Shown here in pieces: positions 51,357 to 61,433 of a DNA stretch of 64,000 nt. A model generated the notes under the pieces. It saw only the letters and a list, made by a program, of their open reading frames with translations, was not told where the DNA came from and did no database searches. Both the position numbers and the translations under genes were made by a program. Where the stretch lies: positions 39,464 through 103,463 of the forward strand of contig JBASWU010000062.1 in the NCBI GenBank assembly GCA_049276635.1, given 5' to 3'. This DNA comes from Solirubrobacterales bacterium. Its GTDB lineage: Bacteria; Actinomycetota; Thermoleophilia; Solirubrobacterales; JACPNS01. Every line of letters starts with the position of its first letter. Within the stretch, counting starts at the first letter, position 1.

Positions 51357-52460
51357 TCAGACCAGGAACTTGCCGTCGCGCTGAAGGACCTCGCCGTCGA
51401 CGCTGATCGTGCCGCCCTTGCGCAGGTCGCAGACCATGTCCCAGTGGATCGCCGAGTCGTTGACGCCGCCGGACTCCGGGAAGCTCATGCCGACGGCCAT
51501 GTGGACGGTCCCGCCGATCTTCTCGTCGAGCAGAATCTCCTTGGTTCCGGTCGTGATGCCGTAGTTGGTGCCGATCCCCAACTCGCCCAGCCGGCGGGCT
51601 CCATCGTCGGTATCGAGCATCTTGAGCAGAAAGTCCTCGCCGGTGGAGGCGCGGGCATCGACGATCTTGCCGTCCCTGAAGGTGAACTCGACGCCGCCGA
51701 CCTCACGACCGGCGTAGGTTGCCGGAAAGCTGAAGGCGACCTTGCCGTTGACACTGTCCTCGACCGGTCCGGTGAAGAACTCACCGTCGGGCATGTTGTG
51801 GGTGCCGACACATGGAATCCAGGTACGACCGCCGACCCCGAGCTTGATGTCGGTGCCGGGAGCCTGGATATGGACCTCCTCCCTGCCGTCCATCCATGCG
51901 GCGAGCCGCTTGACCGTGTCGGACTGGCGCTGCCACGCGGTCACGGGATCCGCGTCGGTGGCAAGACAAGCGCCGTAGAAGAATTCCTCGTACTCGCCCA
52001 GGGAAAGCCCGGCCTCGGCAGCGTACGCGTTGGTCGGGAACAGCGTGAGCGCCCAGCGGTAGTCGCCGGCGGCGGAGCGTTTCATCGACGACTCCATCAG
52101 CGGCTTGCGCGCGGCGCTGACCTTGGCCTGCTTCTCGGGATCGACGCTGGATAGCGCTCGCGTGTTGGTGTCCGCCATGATCGCGATGCGGGTGTCGATG
52201 TTGTCGGATATCCACTGCGCGGTCGGAGGGACCCAGGCAAGTTGCTCGTCGCTGGCGTATTTGTAGAACGCCGGCGCCCCCTCGGAGAGCGCAAGCTGAA
52301 CGATCGGCAATCCGCCGGCCTTCAAGACCTCTTCGTAGACGGCCTGCACCAGCGGCTCGGCGGCGACTTCGCTCTGGATCACACAGGTCTCACCGAGCTT
52401 AACCCCGGTCGAGTAGTTGACGAGGATCTGGGCCAAGGCATCGATGCGGGGGTCTCTCAT
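51357..52460 (-). CDS. M29-family aminopeptidase (AmpS/PepS-like)
   Basis: 367-aa ORF starting MRDPRIDALAQILVNYSTGVKLGE. C-terminal GIGTNYG and TVHMAVG motifs typical of aminopeptidase T/S. Confidence 0.88.
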   Translation of the reverse strand: MRDPRIDALAQILVNYSTGVKLGETCVIQSEVAAEPLVQAVYEEVLKAGGLPIVQLALSEGAPAFYKYASDEQLAWVPPTAQWISDNIDTRIAIMADTNTRALSSVDPEKQAKVSAARKPLMESSMKRSAAGDYRWALTLFPTNAYAAEAGLSLGEYEEFFYGACLATDADPVTAWQRQSDTVKRLAAWMDGREEVHIQAPGTDIKLGVGGRTWIPCVGTHNMPDGEFFTGPVEDSVNGKVAFSFPATYAGREVGGVEFTFRDGKIVDARASTGEDFLLKMLDTDDGARRLGELGIGTNYGITTGTKEILLDEKIGGTVHMAVGMSFPESGGVNDSAIHWDMVCDLRKGGTISVDGEVLQRDGKFLV

Positions 52461-53107
52461 GCGGCTCTCCGTTTGGTGTTGATATCAGACACGCTTGCGT
52501 GCGATAGGTCGCTAAGGAACAGTCGGTGGATGCGATCGTCGGGCGTCAGTTCCGGGTGAAACGTGCAGGCGAGTACGTTGCCGGAGCGGACGGCCACGGA
52601 CTCGCCGTCATGCTCGATCAGCGCCCCGACGCCTTCGCCGACCCGCGTGATGCGCGGCGCGCGGATGAATACTCCGCGAAACGGCTCGGCGTCTCCGACT
52701 CGCAGGTCGGCCTCGAAGCTGTGGACTTGGCCGCCGTAGGCGTTGCGGTCGCAGGTGACGTCGAGCAGTCCGAGATGCGTATCGTCGAGGATGATCGCGC
52801 CGGCACAGGTGGCCAGCACCGGCTTGCCCGACGCGACGAACTCGGCCAACGGCGCGGTCAACGACTCGCGTTCGATCCCGAGCATCATCGTCGTCGACTC
52901 GCCGCCCGGGAGCACCAGCGCAGCGAGACCGGCGAGGTCCCCGGGAGCCCGGACTTCGCGGACGTTCACGCCGAGTGATTCCAGTACGCGGCCGTGCGCC
53001 GAAAACCCGCCCTGCAGTGCGAGCAGGCCGATCGCGCCGGCTGGACCCGGCGAGGCGGATGGGTCGACCGCGGTCACGTCGCCGGCCAAATCGGAGGCGC
53101 CTGCCAT
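52457..53107 (-). CDS. pdxT: pyridoxal 5'-phosphate synthase glutaminase subunit PdxT
   Basis: 216-aa ORF 3 nt after pdxS. IGLLALQGGFSAH, LVLPGGESTT, ATCAG, FHPELT. About 25 N-terminal residues may be over-extension. Confidence 0.88.
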   Translation of the reverse strand: MAGASDLAGDVTAVDPSASPGPAGAIGLLALQGGFSAHGRVLESLGVNVREVRAPGDLAGLAALVLPGGESTTMMLGIERESLTAPLAEFVASGKPVLATCAGAIILDDTHLGLLDVTCDRNAYGGQVHSFEADLRVGDAEPFRGVFIRAPRITRVGEGVGALIEHDGESVAVRSGNVLACTFHPELTPDDRIHRLFLSDLSHASVSDINTKRRAA

Positions 53108-53110
53108 CGG

Positions 53111-53995
53111 CTACCAGCCGCGCTGAGCCAGCAGTTCGGACTCGTCGAGCTTACGGGATTCGATCGAGTCCATCGGCTCGCCGAGACCGATCGACGCGTG
53201 AAGCACGCGCTCGGCGTCGGCGAAATGCGTGGTCGCCTCGACGATCGCCTTGGCACGCCTGGCCGGGTCGGCGGACTTAAAAATCCCCGACCCGACGAAC
53301 ACTCCTTCGGCGCCGAGCTGCATCATCAGCGCGGCGTCGGCCGGCGTCGCGACACCACCGGCGCTGAACATCACGACCGGAAGCGAGCCGCTGGCCGCGA
53401 CGTCGTGAACAAGCTCGAGCGGGGCCTGCAGGTTTTTCGCGGCGGTCGGCAGTTCGTCGCGATCGATCGCGGCGAGCCGCTTGATCTCGCCGCGGATCTG
53501 GCGCATGTGACGGACGGCCTCGACGATGTCGCCGGTGCCGGCCTCGCCCTTGGAGCGGATCATCGCCGCGCCCTCGGCTATCCGGCGAAGCGCCTCTCCG
53601 AGGTTGGTGGCGCCGCAGACGAACGGAATCTTGAAGTCGTGTTTGGCGATGTGGTTCGCCTCGTCGGCCGGGGTGAGAACCTCGGATTCGTCGATGTAGT
53701 CGATATCGAGCGCCTCGAGAACCTGCGCCTCGGCGAAGTGGCCGATGCGGGCCTTGGCCATCACCGGGATCGTCACGGCGGCCTTGATGCCGCGGATCAT
53801 CTCCGGGTCGGACATGCGGGCGACGCCGCCGTCGCGACGGATGTCAGACGGCACACGCTCAAGGGCCATGACGGCGCAGGCACCGGCAGCCTCGGCGATC
53901 TTCGCCTGCTCGGCGTCGACGACATCCATGATCACGCCACCCTTGAGCATCTCCGCAAGGCCGGCTTTAACGCGAAAGGTGGCTTGATCGGTCAT
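53111..53995 (-). CDS. pdxS: pyridoxal 5'-phosphate synthase lyase subunit PdxS
   Basis: The track ORF (to 54112) is over-extended. ATG 53995 gives [39 protein letters not shown], the canonical PdxS N-terminus. 294 aa. Confidence 0.95.
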   Translation of the reverse strand: MTDQATFRVKAGLAEMLKGGVIMDVVDAEQAKIAEAAGACAVMALERVPSDIRRDGGVARMSDPEMIRGIKAAVTIPVMAKARIGHFAEAQVLEALDIDYIDESEVLTPADEANHIAKHDFKIPFVCGATNLGEALRRIAEGAAMIRSKGEAGTGDIVEAVRHMRQIRGEIKRLAAIDRDELPTAAKNLQAPLELVHDVAASGSLPVVMFSAGGVATPADAALMMQLGAEGVFVGSGIFKSADPARRAKAIVEATTHFADAERVLHASIGLGEPMDSIESRKLDESELLAQRGW

Positions 53996-54102
53996 CGAGG
54001 TGAGCTTACTCGGGACGCCAACTCGCGGCGATCGGACGCGTTGTCTCCGGCGTTTGACCGATTGTTCACATTCGCGGGGCCGCTCGGCCGTAGATTCCCG
54101 CC

Positions 54103-55647
54103 ATGAACTCACACCTCCTCAAACTGTCACTCACCGCCGTCGCCGCGACGCTCGCGTTCGCCGCCCCGGCCTTGGCTCTCGGCCCCCAGCCCGTTCGCAA
54201 TCTCGACCTTCAGCTGATCGGCAGCTCTCCGGGCACCGGCGAGGCGACCGCCGAGATCAGCGCGTATGACCCGATCTCAGAGCGCCTGTTCACAACTGAC
54301 GCCGTCGGCAACCAGATCAAGGTCTTCGACATGTCAACACCTTCATCGCCGACACTCGCGTTCACGATTCCCCTCGGCGCCTACGGCGCCGCGCCCAACA
54401 GCGTGTCGGTCTCGCCGGTCTGCGGCGGCCGAATCGTCGTCGCCGAAGAAGCCGGCCCCAAGACCAGCCCGGGCAAGCTCGTCCTCTTCGACACAAACGG
54501 TGTCTACCTCGATCAGGAGACCACTGGCGCGCAGCCGGACAATGTCGTCACCGCGATCGGCGGACGCCGGTTCGTCAGCGCCAACGAAGGTGAACCGTCC
54601 CCCGACGGCTTGATCAACCCGGATGGCACGATCGGGATCGCCACGCTGACCAGATGCGGCAACATCACGCACCAGCTTGTCAGCTTCGCCGGCGCGCCGA
54701 CGTCGGGAACGATCCGCCATTACAGCCCCGGCGCGACGTTCCTACAGGATCTTGAACCCGAGTACATCGCCCCGGCGCACGGCCAGACCGCGCTGGTCAC
54801 GCTGCAGGAGGCCAACGCCGTCGCCACCCTGAACATCGCGACGGCGACGGTCACGTCGATCAAGGGCATCGGCTTCAAGAATCACAGTCTGCCCGGTAAC
54901 GGGCTGGACCCGTCCGACCGCGATAGTGCGGTCAATGGCGGCATCAATATCGCGACATACAACAACGTGTTCGGTATTTACGAACCCGACGCGATCGCCA
55001 GCTACCGCCTACCCGGCGACCCACACGCACGCTTCATCACCGCCAACGAGGGTGACACGCGCGACTGGACCTACTACTCCGAGGAGTCCCGGGTCAAGGA
55101 TCTCGTGCTCGACCCGACCGCTTTCAGCGCCGCCGACCAGGCGGACGCCAAGCTCGGACGCCTAACCGTCACCACGACGCTCGGCGACACCGACAGCGAT
55201 GGTGATTACGACGAGCTCTACGCCATCGGCGGGCGCGGCGTCTCACTGTTGGATCACACCGGCGGTCTCACCTGGGATTCCGGCGACGCCGTCGAGCAGT
55301 ACGTCGCCGCAAACGATCCGGCCAACTGGAATGCCAACGGCGCGATCGGCGGACTTGATTCCCGCAGCGACAACAAGGGTCCGGAGATCGAGGGCATCAC
55401 GACCGGCAAAGTGTTCGGCCGGACCTACGCCTTCGCCGGCGCCGAGCGTCAAGGCGGGATCTTCGCCTTCGATCTGCGCGCCAGGCCGGGCCAGGCGAAG
55501 ATCGCCGGCTACGTCAACGCGCGCGCCTCGGCGACCAGTCCCGAGGGAATCATCTTCGTCAGCGCCTCGAACAGCCCGAGCGGTGATCCGCTGGTGATCA
55601 CAACCAACGAAGTCAGCGGCAACGTCGCGGTCTTCCGCATCAGCTAG
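54103..55647 (+). CDS. secreted beta-propeller protein, choice-of-anchor-I / phytase-like esterase family
   Basis: 514-aa ORF. Signal peptide [25 protein letters not shown]. Contains [49 protein letters not shown] and [11 protein letters not shown]. Family assignment is from memory of similar sequences. Confidence 0.7.
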   Translation: MNSHLLKLSLTAVAATLAFAAPALALGPQPVRNLDLQLIGSSPGTGEATAEISAYDPISERLFTTDAVGNQIKVFDMSTPSSPTLAFTIPLGAYGAAPNSVSVSPVCGGRIVVAEEAGPKTSPGKLVLFDTNGVYLDQETTGAQPDNVVTAIGGRRFVSANEGEPSPDGLINPDGTIGIATLTRCGNITHQLVSFAGAPTSGTIRHYSPGATFLQDLEPEYIAPAHGQTALVTLQEANAVATLNIATATVTSIKGIGFKNHSLPGNGLDPSDRDSAVNGGINIATYNNVFGIYEPDAIASYRLPGDPHARFITANEGDTRDWTYYSEESRVKDLVLDPTAFSAADQADAKLGRLTVTTTLGDTDSDGDYDELYAIGGRGVSLLDHTGGLTWDSGDAVEQYVAANDPANWNANGAIGGLDSRSDNKGPEIEGITTGKVFGRTYAFAGAERQGGIFAFDLRARPGQAKIAGYVNARASATSPEGIIFVSASNSPSGDPLVITTNEVSGNVAVFRIS

Positions 55648-55703
55648 ATCACGCTCGATTCAAAGCCCGAGACCGCTCGTGAATGCACGCGGTCGTACGG
55701 ATC

Positions 55704-55742
55704 AAGGTGCGGGGTTTCATGCCGAGGCCCCGCACCTTTTTT
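55704..55742 (+). terminator. intrinsic terminator after the secreted-protein gene
   Basis: AAGGTGCGGGG (55704-55714) pairs with CCCCGCACCTT (55728-55738). The T run (55737-55742) continues TTTTTTGTTG. Confidence 0.75.
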
Positions 55743-55851
55743 GTTGTCGCGTCCGACGCGCCGCTCCGGGAGCACGTGGTCGGGCCGATCGTGCGCGTGT
55801 TTCAGGGCCGGGTGATTCCGCTCGCCGTGTCGGTGCTAGTCGCCGACTGCC

Positions 55852-56964
55852 CTACGAGGCCGGATCCGGACGTGCGCCGAGGCGCTGCTTGAGTCGGAGA
55901 ATCCGCGTTGCGGACGCGCGCAGCGCCTGCTCGGAAAGCACTCCGCGTCTGACCGCGGCGCGGAGCCGGGCGTACGCACGGCCGGCTCCACCGCTGGTCT
56001 GTCCATACAGCAGCAGGTCCAGCCCGGCGAGCGCCGCTCGCCGCTGGTGATTCCGTTGTCCGGCGATGGCGGGGGTGTCGAGCGCGTCGGAGATCGTCGG
56101 GCCGTCAAAGCCCGTCGCGGCGAGCAGCGTGTACGTTGTTCGCGACAGCACCGCCGGCCGGCGGATCCCCAATGACGGATACGTCGCGCTGGCGATCATG
56201 ACGAGCGACACAGTCGCCGGACACCGGCGGTACGGCAGCAGGTCGGATTTCAGTGCCGTCGCCGAGGCGGTGACCTCGACGGGGCGGTCATCGGTGTTGG
56301 CGCCGGCGCGTCCGAGTCCCGGGAAATGCTTGAACGCCGATCCGACGTTACGCCGCGAAAGCCCCTGCGCAAACGCACACGCCGCGACCGCGACGCGAGC
56401 ACGGTTGGTCGAGAACGCGCGCGTTCCGAGAAACGACGACGGCCCCGCCGGCACGTCCGCGACCGGGGCGAGATCGACGTTGATTCCGAGCCGGTGCAAC
56501 GCCTTGCCCGTCGCCCGCCCTTGACTTCGCGCGATCGATTGGCGTCGCGCCGACGATCCGATCGCCGCCGGGCTGCGGGTCGGCGGAATCGACTTGATCC
56601 GCTTGACCTCGCCCCCCTCTTGGTCGATCATCACAAGCAGTTGCGGCTGCCTACCGATCCGGGCTTCGCGCTGAAGCCTGCGAACGACGCGCCTGGCCGT
56701 GCGCTCGGTCGGAACGTTATCCGCGAACAGGATCACACCGCCGACGCGCCCGCGGCGAATCGCCCGCAGTACCGAGCCGGTCGGGCTCGAACCGACATAC
56801 CCCGTGATCAGGCGCTGACCGACAAGCTGTGACGCAGAGAGTTCGCCGGCCGCCGCGCGGGCCGGATCGATCGACGGTGGGTCATCCCCCGACGCGAGCA
56901 CGAACCCGCCGGGAATCGCCGCGGCGGCGAGCAACGTGCCGGCGATCGCGGTTCGCCTGGTCAT
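55852..56964 (-). CDS. glycoside hydrolase family 3 protein (NagZ-like beta-N-acetylhexosaminidase), exported
   Basis: 370-aa ORF with a signal-like N-terminus MTRRTAIAGTLLAAAA. Motifs GGVILFADN, MIDQEGGEVKRI, INVDLAPVADV, KHFPGLG. Confidence 0.85.
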   Translation of the reverse strand: MTRRTAIAGTLLAAAAIPGGFVLASGDDPPSIDPARAAAGELSASQLVGQRLITGYVGSSPTGSVLRAIRRGRVGGVILFADNVPTERTARRVVRRLQREARIGRQPQLLVMIDQEGGEVKRIKSIPPTRSPAAIGSSARRQSIARSQGRATGKALHRLGINVDLAPVADVPAGPSSFLGTRAFSTNRARVAVAACAFAQGLSRRNVGSAFKHFPGLGRAGANTDDRPVEVTASATALKSDLLPYRRCPATVSLVMIASATYPSLGIRRPAVLSRTTYTLLAATGFDGPTISDALDTPAIAGQRNHQRRAALAGLDLLLYGQTSGGAGRAYARLRAAVRRGVLSEQALRASATRILRLKQRLGARPDPAS

Positions 56965-57066
56965 GTCCGAGCGCCGCCAGACATTATGTGGTGACTGGTT
57001 CTTGCATCGGCGCCGAAGTGTAAGTAGCGCGCGGCGCCGAGGCGCCTACATCGCCCTGACAGCCGG

Positions 57067-57537
57067 CTAGCCCGCCGGGGTCGGTCGGTCGCCGATCAGT
57101 CGGTCAACGGCCTTGGTGTCGGCGGGGTCAAGCCAGTTGACCTGGTGGATCCCGCGAAATCCCCGGTCAGACGAGATGACATTCTTAACCCCGGCGTTGA
57201 TCGCACTAGCAAGAATCAGCGCGTCGCGCGATCCGAGCGCATCGTGAGTCCGCAGCAATTCGAGCCCTTTCGTCACGTCAGGGTCAACGACTCCGATCAG
57301 CCTGTATGCCTGCGCCACCGCCTGCGCCACCGCGATCGCGCCGGCGCGATCGCCGGTTCGCCGTGCCCGTACGTGCATCAACTCCTGGATGGTCTCAACG
57401 CTTACAACCGCGTCCACGAGTCCATCGGCCACCGCGCCGAGAACGCGCGCCGATTGTTCGACCTTCGCTTGATCGCTTCCGAGCGCGTACACGAACACAG
57501 TCGTGTCGAGCAGCGTCAGGCCGTCGTCATCGGTCAA
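57067..57537 (-). CDS. vapC: PIN-domain ribonuclease toxin (VapC-like)
   Basis: 156-aa ORF. Acidic PIN residues in LLDTTVF, ETIQELMH, SRDALILASA and ISSDRGF. Lies 3 nt downstream of the RHH antitoxin gene. Confidence 0.85.
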   Translation of the reverse strand: MTDDDGLTLLDTTVFVYALGSDQAKVEQSARVLGAVADGLVDAVVSVETIQELMHVRARRTGDRAGAIAVAQAVAQAYRLIGVVDPDVTKGLELLRTHDALGSRDALILASAINAGVKNVISSDRGFRGIHQVNWLDPADTKAVDRLIGDRPTPAG

Positions 57538-57540
57538 CCG

Positions 57541-57813
57541 TCAGCACCGAAGCTCTGGTGTGATGTGCGACTCGTCGATCAGTGCGCGCAGTTCTTCACC
57601 GGAGCCGACGTCCATGCGCGGCGCCGACAGCAGCAGTTCGAGCGCTTCCCGCTGGCGGTTCATTCGCTCGGGCGCATCGAGCGCGCCGTCAATCAGCCTA
57701 CGAACGAACTCGCCGAGTGAAATGCCGGCCGAGGCCGCTTCACGCTCAACGCGCCCGAAGCGATCATCGTCGATCAGGATCTGCAGTCGCCGATTCAGTA
57801 CTGCCATGCTCAT
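57541..57813 (-). CDS. vapB: ribbon-helix-helix antitoxin (VapB-like)
   Basis: 90-aa ORF. N-terminal RHH pattern LNRRLQILIDDDRFGRVEREAASAGISLGEFVRRLI. The start may be the second ATG (57807). Confidence 0.75.
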   Translation of the reverse strand: MSMAVLNRRLQILIDDDRFGRVEREAASAGISLGEFVRRLIDGALDAPERMNRQREALELLLSAPRMDVGSGEELRALIDESHITPELRC

Positions 57814-57875
57814 ATATTAGCATGTGCATGTGTGCGCGACGTCCGCGACCCTTGCGCGGTTGACGATCCGGTTGC

Positions 57876-57915
57876 CCAAAGAGGGACAGGCACCTCTCGG
57901 CAAGGTGCCTGTCCC
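57876..57915 (-). terminator. candidate intrinsic terminator after the RpiR-family gene
   Basis: Perfect 12-bp stem GGGACAGGCACC (57883-57894) / GGTGCCTGTCCC (57904-57915) with a 9-nt loop. On the minus strand it is followed by UCUUUGGG, a modest U tract. Confidence 0.55.
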
Positions 57916-57956
57916 TGGACATAAGCCTGTATCCCTCAATCCATTCGAGCGGAGGC

Positions 57957-58925
57957 CTACTTGCCTCTATATGCCCGAATTCGCCCTCCGTAAACATCTG
58001 TGTTGCTGTCGTACAACCCGTGAACCAGGCCCTGCACGATCGCCAGCAGCGCGGTGTGCGACCGCAAGAACGACGGGCTCGTCGACGAGTAGTAGATGTG
58101 ATGCGACGAAAGCTTCGCGATCTCACTCATCGAGGCGTCGGTGATCGAGATCGATTGAGCGCCGCGCGCGCTCGCCAGCCGCATCGCGCGCGTGACGATT
58201 GCGTGTGGCCGGCCGGCACAGAAAGCGATCACCAGTGTGTCTTCGTCGATTCGCGCCACACGGCCGATCGAGTCCTGGCTGGGACTGGCGACCAGGTCGC
58301 AGCGGTGGTCGAGCAGCATCAGCATGTGGCGTAGGTAGGAGGCAAAAAAGGCCATCTGGTCGGTGCCGACGACGACGATCTGGCGGGCGCCTGTGATCGC
58401 GTCGATCGCCGCCTCGAATATCTTGCGGTCCATGCGGCGCGCGGTCTCCTCTATGTTGACCTGATCCGCCGCCACGGTTGACTCGGCCGCGGTCGGATCG
58501 AGTCCGAAAAGGGTTCCGCGGCCTCCGGTCTCGTCCTCACGGCGCTTCGCGCGATATTCCTCACGCGCGGCGGTCTGCAGCTCGGGGAATCCCTCGAATC
58601 CAAGCGCCTGGCTGAAACGCACGACGGTCGAGGAAGAAGTCTGTACTTGAGCGGCCAGCTGCTCTGCGGTCTGGAAGGCCGACTCTTCGAGGTGGTCGAC
58701 GATGTACAGAGCGACATCACGCTGCGCTCGCGAGCATCCTTCGAGCCTTGAGCGGATCAGATCGCTGAGCGTCAGCGGCCTGGCAGGCGAGCCGGCGGCG
58801 GACTTGCCGCCTTTCGCGGTGCCTCGCGCGGTTTTGATCGGCGAGTCGACCTTGGCGGCGGCGTTCAGGGCTTTTGCTCGGCCGGACTTTGCAGTCGGCG
58901 AGTCGATCACGACGGCTTGCTTCAT
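57957..58925 (-). CDS. MurR/RpiR-family transcriptional regulator (HTH_6 + SIS domains)
   Basis: The track ORF (to 59111) is probably over-extended; ATG 58925 is used here. HTH region SRAQRDVALYIVDHLEESAFQTAEQLAAQVQTSSSTVVRFSQALGFEGFPELQ; SIS region QIVVVGTDQMAFFASYL. Confidence 0.82.
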   Translation of the reverse strand: MKQAVVIDSPTAKSGRAKALNAAAKVDSPIKTARGTAKGGKSAAGSPARPLTLSDLIRSRLEGCSRAQRDVALYIVDHLEESAFQTAEQLAAQVQTSSSTVVRFSQALGFEGFPELQTAAREEYRAKRREDETGGRGTLFGLDPTAAESTVAADQVNIEETARRMDRKIFEAAIDAITGARQIVVVGTDQMAFFASYLRHMLMLLDHRCDLVASPSQDSIGRVARIDEDTLVIAFCAGRPHAIVTRAMRLASARGAQSISITDASMSEIAKLSSHHIYYSSTSPSFLRSHTALLAIVQGLVHGLYDSNTDVYGGRIRAYRGK

Positions 58926-59149
58926 GGCCCGGTTTTTCGACGGTTTACCAGGGGACTCCTTCCGGGCCGGCAGCGACGAGGCGACAAAAAGTTGCTGGAA
59001 ACCACGGCAAACGATTGAAGGAGCCTTGGTTGCGAAGGCGACGGAGGCCGCACCGGATCGGCTAGCGGCGCGCGGCGCCCACGAGGGCCGATGCCGGTCA
59101 GAGACCTGCACCGCTCGGCCGGAGCGACCCTGACTAAGATGGCCAACAC

Positions 59150-59223
59150 GGGCCGGTAGCTCAGTTGGTTAGAGCAGGGGACTCATAATCCCTTGGCCGA
59201 AGGTTCGAGTCCTTCCCGGCCCA
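59150..59223 (+). tRNA. tRNA with CAU anticodon (elongator Met; Ile2/lysidine type not excluded)
   Basis: 74-nt cloverleaf. Acceptor GGGCCGG/CCGGCCC (1:72 paired, so not an initiator), D arm GCTC-AGTTGGTTA-GAGC, anticodon arm GGGGA-CTCATAA-TCCCT, T arm GAAGG-TTCGAGT-CCTTC, discriminator A. Confidence 0.9.
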
Positions 59224-59248
59224 TCGACAATCCCCTAGGCTCGGCACC

Positions 59249-59737
59249 ATGCCCTTCACCGACATCCTCACGGCCAACCGCACCTATGCGGCCGAACACA
59301 AGGAGCTTGCCAGCGGGCGGGCGCGTCGCGGGCTTGCAATCGTGACATGTATCGACTCGCGGATCGATCCGCTGGCGGCGTTCGGGCTGATACCCGGCGA
59401 CGCGAAAGTAATCCGAAACGCCGGGGCGCGGGTTACTGACGACGTGCTGCGCACGCTGACGATCGCGACGCACGTGCTCGGCGTGGATCGCATCGCCCTG
59501 GTCCAGCACACCGATTGCGGAGTCGCCGAAAACGACCAGTCGGCGATCGCCGGCGTGGTCGAGGCCAACACGGGCCGGCCGATCGGCGACATCGACTTTC
59601 TGGCGATCGACGATCAGATCGCGACGCTGCGCGCCGACGCCGAGAAAATCCGTCGATTCGGACTCCTGCCGGCGGAGATCGAGGTCGGCGAGTTCATGTT
59701 CGACGTCCGCGGCGGCGGGCTCGAGCAAGTCGGTTAG
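59249..59737 (+). CDS. beta-class carbonic anhydrase
   Basis: 162-aa ORF. Zinc ligands in VTCIDSRID and VQHTDCG; NAGARV motif. Confidence 0.9.
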   Translation: MPFTDILTANRTYAAEHKELASGRARRGLAIVTCIDSRIDPLAAFGLIPGDAKVIRNAGARVTDDVLRTLTIATHVLGVDRIALVQHTDCGVAENDQSAIAGVVEANTGRPIGDIDFLAIDDQIATLRADAEKIRRFGLLPAEIEVGEFMFDVRGGGLEQVG

Positions 59738-59930
59738 TCACCGCCCGCCCAGAGCCTTCGGCGCCCGAGACGAGCGAAGACCGTTAAGTGGACCCACCGG
59801 CCGGCGGATCCGTGCTACCGACAAATAGACTCCCCCGCGTCGCGCGCGAGCGAACCCTCCACCCGGTTTGGCTCCACTCGCGTTCGACTCGTCATACGAC
59901 AGGTACGACTCATTCTTCTTGGGAGGCGTT

Positions 59931-61400
59931 TTGAAACGTTCACGCTGCCGCGCTCTCGCGCCGGCCGGCTTTGCAGCAGTCCTTATCTTGGCTTTTCCCG
60001 GTGCGGCGCAGGCCGCGCCGACCGATGCTCAGTTGCTGGAAACCAACTCCGCGGTAAACACGCTCTGGGTGCTGATCTGCGCGCTGCTCGTGTTCTTCAT
60101 GCAGGCCGGTTTTGCCGCCCTGGAAGTCGGATTGGTGCGTGGCAAGAACGCCGGCTCGATCATCGCGAAGGTCGTTTTCAATACGGCGATCTCGGCGGTC
60201 GCTTTTTGGGCCGTCGGTTTTGCGATCGGATTCGGCGGTGGCGGCGACGGTTCCGGTGAGCTGTTCGGTTCGACGGGTTTTTTCCTCCAGGGATTCGACG
60301 ATCCGCTGGCGGCGTTCCCGGCGATGGGCGCCTCGGACGCCTCGATTTACGCCAAGTTCCTCTTCCAGTGGGGCTTCGCGGCGGTCGTGCTGGCGATCGC
60401 GGTCGGGCCGCTGGTCGAGCGCGTCAAGTTCAGCACCTATATCGTCTTTGGACTCATCTTCACCGGGCTGATCTATCCCCTGGCCGCCCACTGGGTCTAT
60501 GGCGGCGGCTTCTTGCAGCAGTGGGGAATGCAGGACTTCGCGGGCTCGACGGCCGTCCACCTCGTCGGAGCGGCCGCCGGTCTGGCCGGCGTGCTCCTGC
60601 TTGGACCGCGCCGCGGGAAATACAGGGACGGGAAAAGCCGCCCGATCCCAGGCCACTCACTGCCGATGTTCGGCCTCGGCATCTTGATCCTTTGGTTTGG
60701 CTGGTTCGGCTTTAACGCCGGTTCGACCTTCGGCGCGATCGGCAACCGTTTCGCCGAGGTTGCCGTCGTCACGAACCTCTCGGTGGCGTCGGGCGTGATC
60801 GGCGCCGCGATCACCAACTGGCGCTACGAGCGCAACTACGACATCGCGATGATCGGCAACGGCGCGATCGCCGGGGCGGTTGCGATCACCGCGCCATCGG
60901 GCTACGTCGCAATCTGGGCCGCGATCCCGATCGGCGCCATCGGCGGCATGATCGTCACGCTCGGCCTGCGCTGGATCGACGGCAAGACCGACGATCCGAT
61001 CGGGGCGATCACCGCCCACGGGATGGCCGGAGTATGGGGCACGCTGGCGGCGGGGATTTTCTGCCTGCCCCGTCTCGCCGAGACCAACGCGATCGGCGCG
61101 CGGGCCGGCGGCGATTTCCTCGGTGGCTTGATCTACTCGGGCAGCTTCAAGCAGCTCGGGGTGCAGGCGGCCGGCGCATTGATCGTCGGTGCGTTCGTGT
61201 TCGTCGCGAGTCTGGCGATTTTCGAGGTGATCAAGGCGACGATCGGACTTCGCGTCGAAGCGCTCGAAGAAGATGACGGGATCGACATCTCCGAACACGG
61301 GATGTACGGATACCCGGAGGTGTTCATTCCGCCGACCGAGTTGGCCGACCCCGGCATCCCCGGAGCCACTTCGTACCAACGGGCCCAGGCCCTGACCTAA
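59931..61400 (+). CDS. amt: ammonium transporter (Amt family) with signal peptide
   Basis: Track ORF starts at 59868. An in-frame TTG at 59931, 4 nt after GGGAGG, gives LKRSRCRALAPAGFAAVLILAFPGAAQA as a signal peptide. Amt motifs FMQAGFAALEVG, DFAGSTAVHLVGA, WFGFNAGS, ITAHGMAGVWG. Confidence 0.9.
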   Translation: MKRSRCRALAPAGFAAVLILAFPGAAQAAPTDAQLLETNSAVNTLWVLICALLVFFMQAGFAALEVGLVRGKNAGSIIAKVVFNTAISAVAFWAVGFAIGFGGGGDGSGELFGSTGFFLQGFDDPLAAFPAMGASDASIYAKFLFQWGFAAVVLAIAVGPLVERVKFSTYIVFGLIFTGLIYPLAAHWVYGGGFLQQWGMQDFAGSTAVHLVGAAAGLAGVLLLGPRRGKYRDGKSRPIPGHSLPMFGLGILILWFGWFGFNAGSTFGAIGNRFAEVAVVTNLSVASGVIGAAITNWRYERNYDIAMIGNGAIAGAVAITAPSGYVAIWAAIPIGAIGGMIVTLGLRWIDGKTDDPIGAITAHGMAGVWGTLAAGIFCLPRLAETNAIGARAGGDFLGGLIYSGSFKQLGVQAAGALIVGAFVFVASLAIFEVIKATIGLRVEALEEDDGIDISEHGMYGYPEVFIPPTELADPGIPGATSYQRAQALT

Positions 61401-61433
61401 CCAATTCGCACCGAAACCCGAGGAGATCCGAAA

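Noticed and set aside
57067-59223. Proximity of the VapC PIN toxin to a tRNA with CAU anticodon (VapC toxins are known to cleave tRNA-fMet in some species), and the idea of a tRNA-linked genomic island
   Set aside because: The tRNA has a paired 1:72 position, so it is an elongator rather than an initiator. It is separated from vapBC by the rpiR gene. I found no integrase, no direct repeat of the tRNA 3' end and no clear GC shift, so the adjacency is best treated as coincidence.
59921-59950. GAAAC-GTTCAC sequence near the amt start as a possible GlnR box
   Set aside because: Only one half-site-like pair is present, and it overlaps the RBS and start codon rather than lying upstream of a promoter. 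It does not reproduce the full gTnAc-n6-GaAAc tandem architecture.
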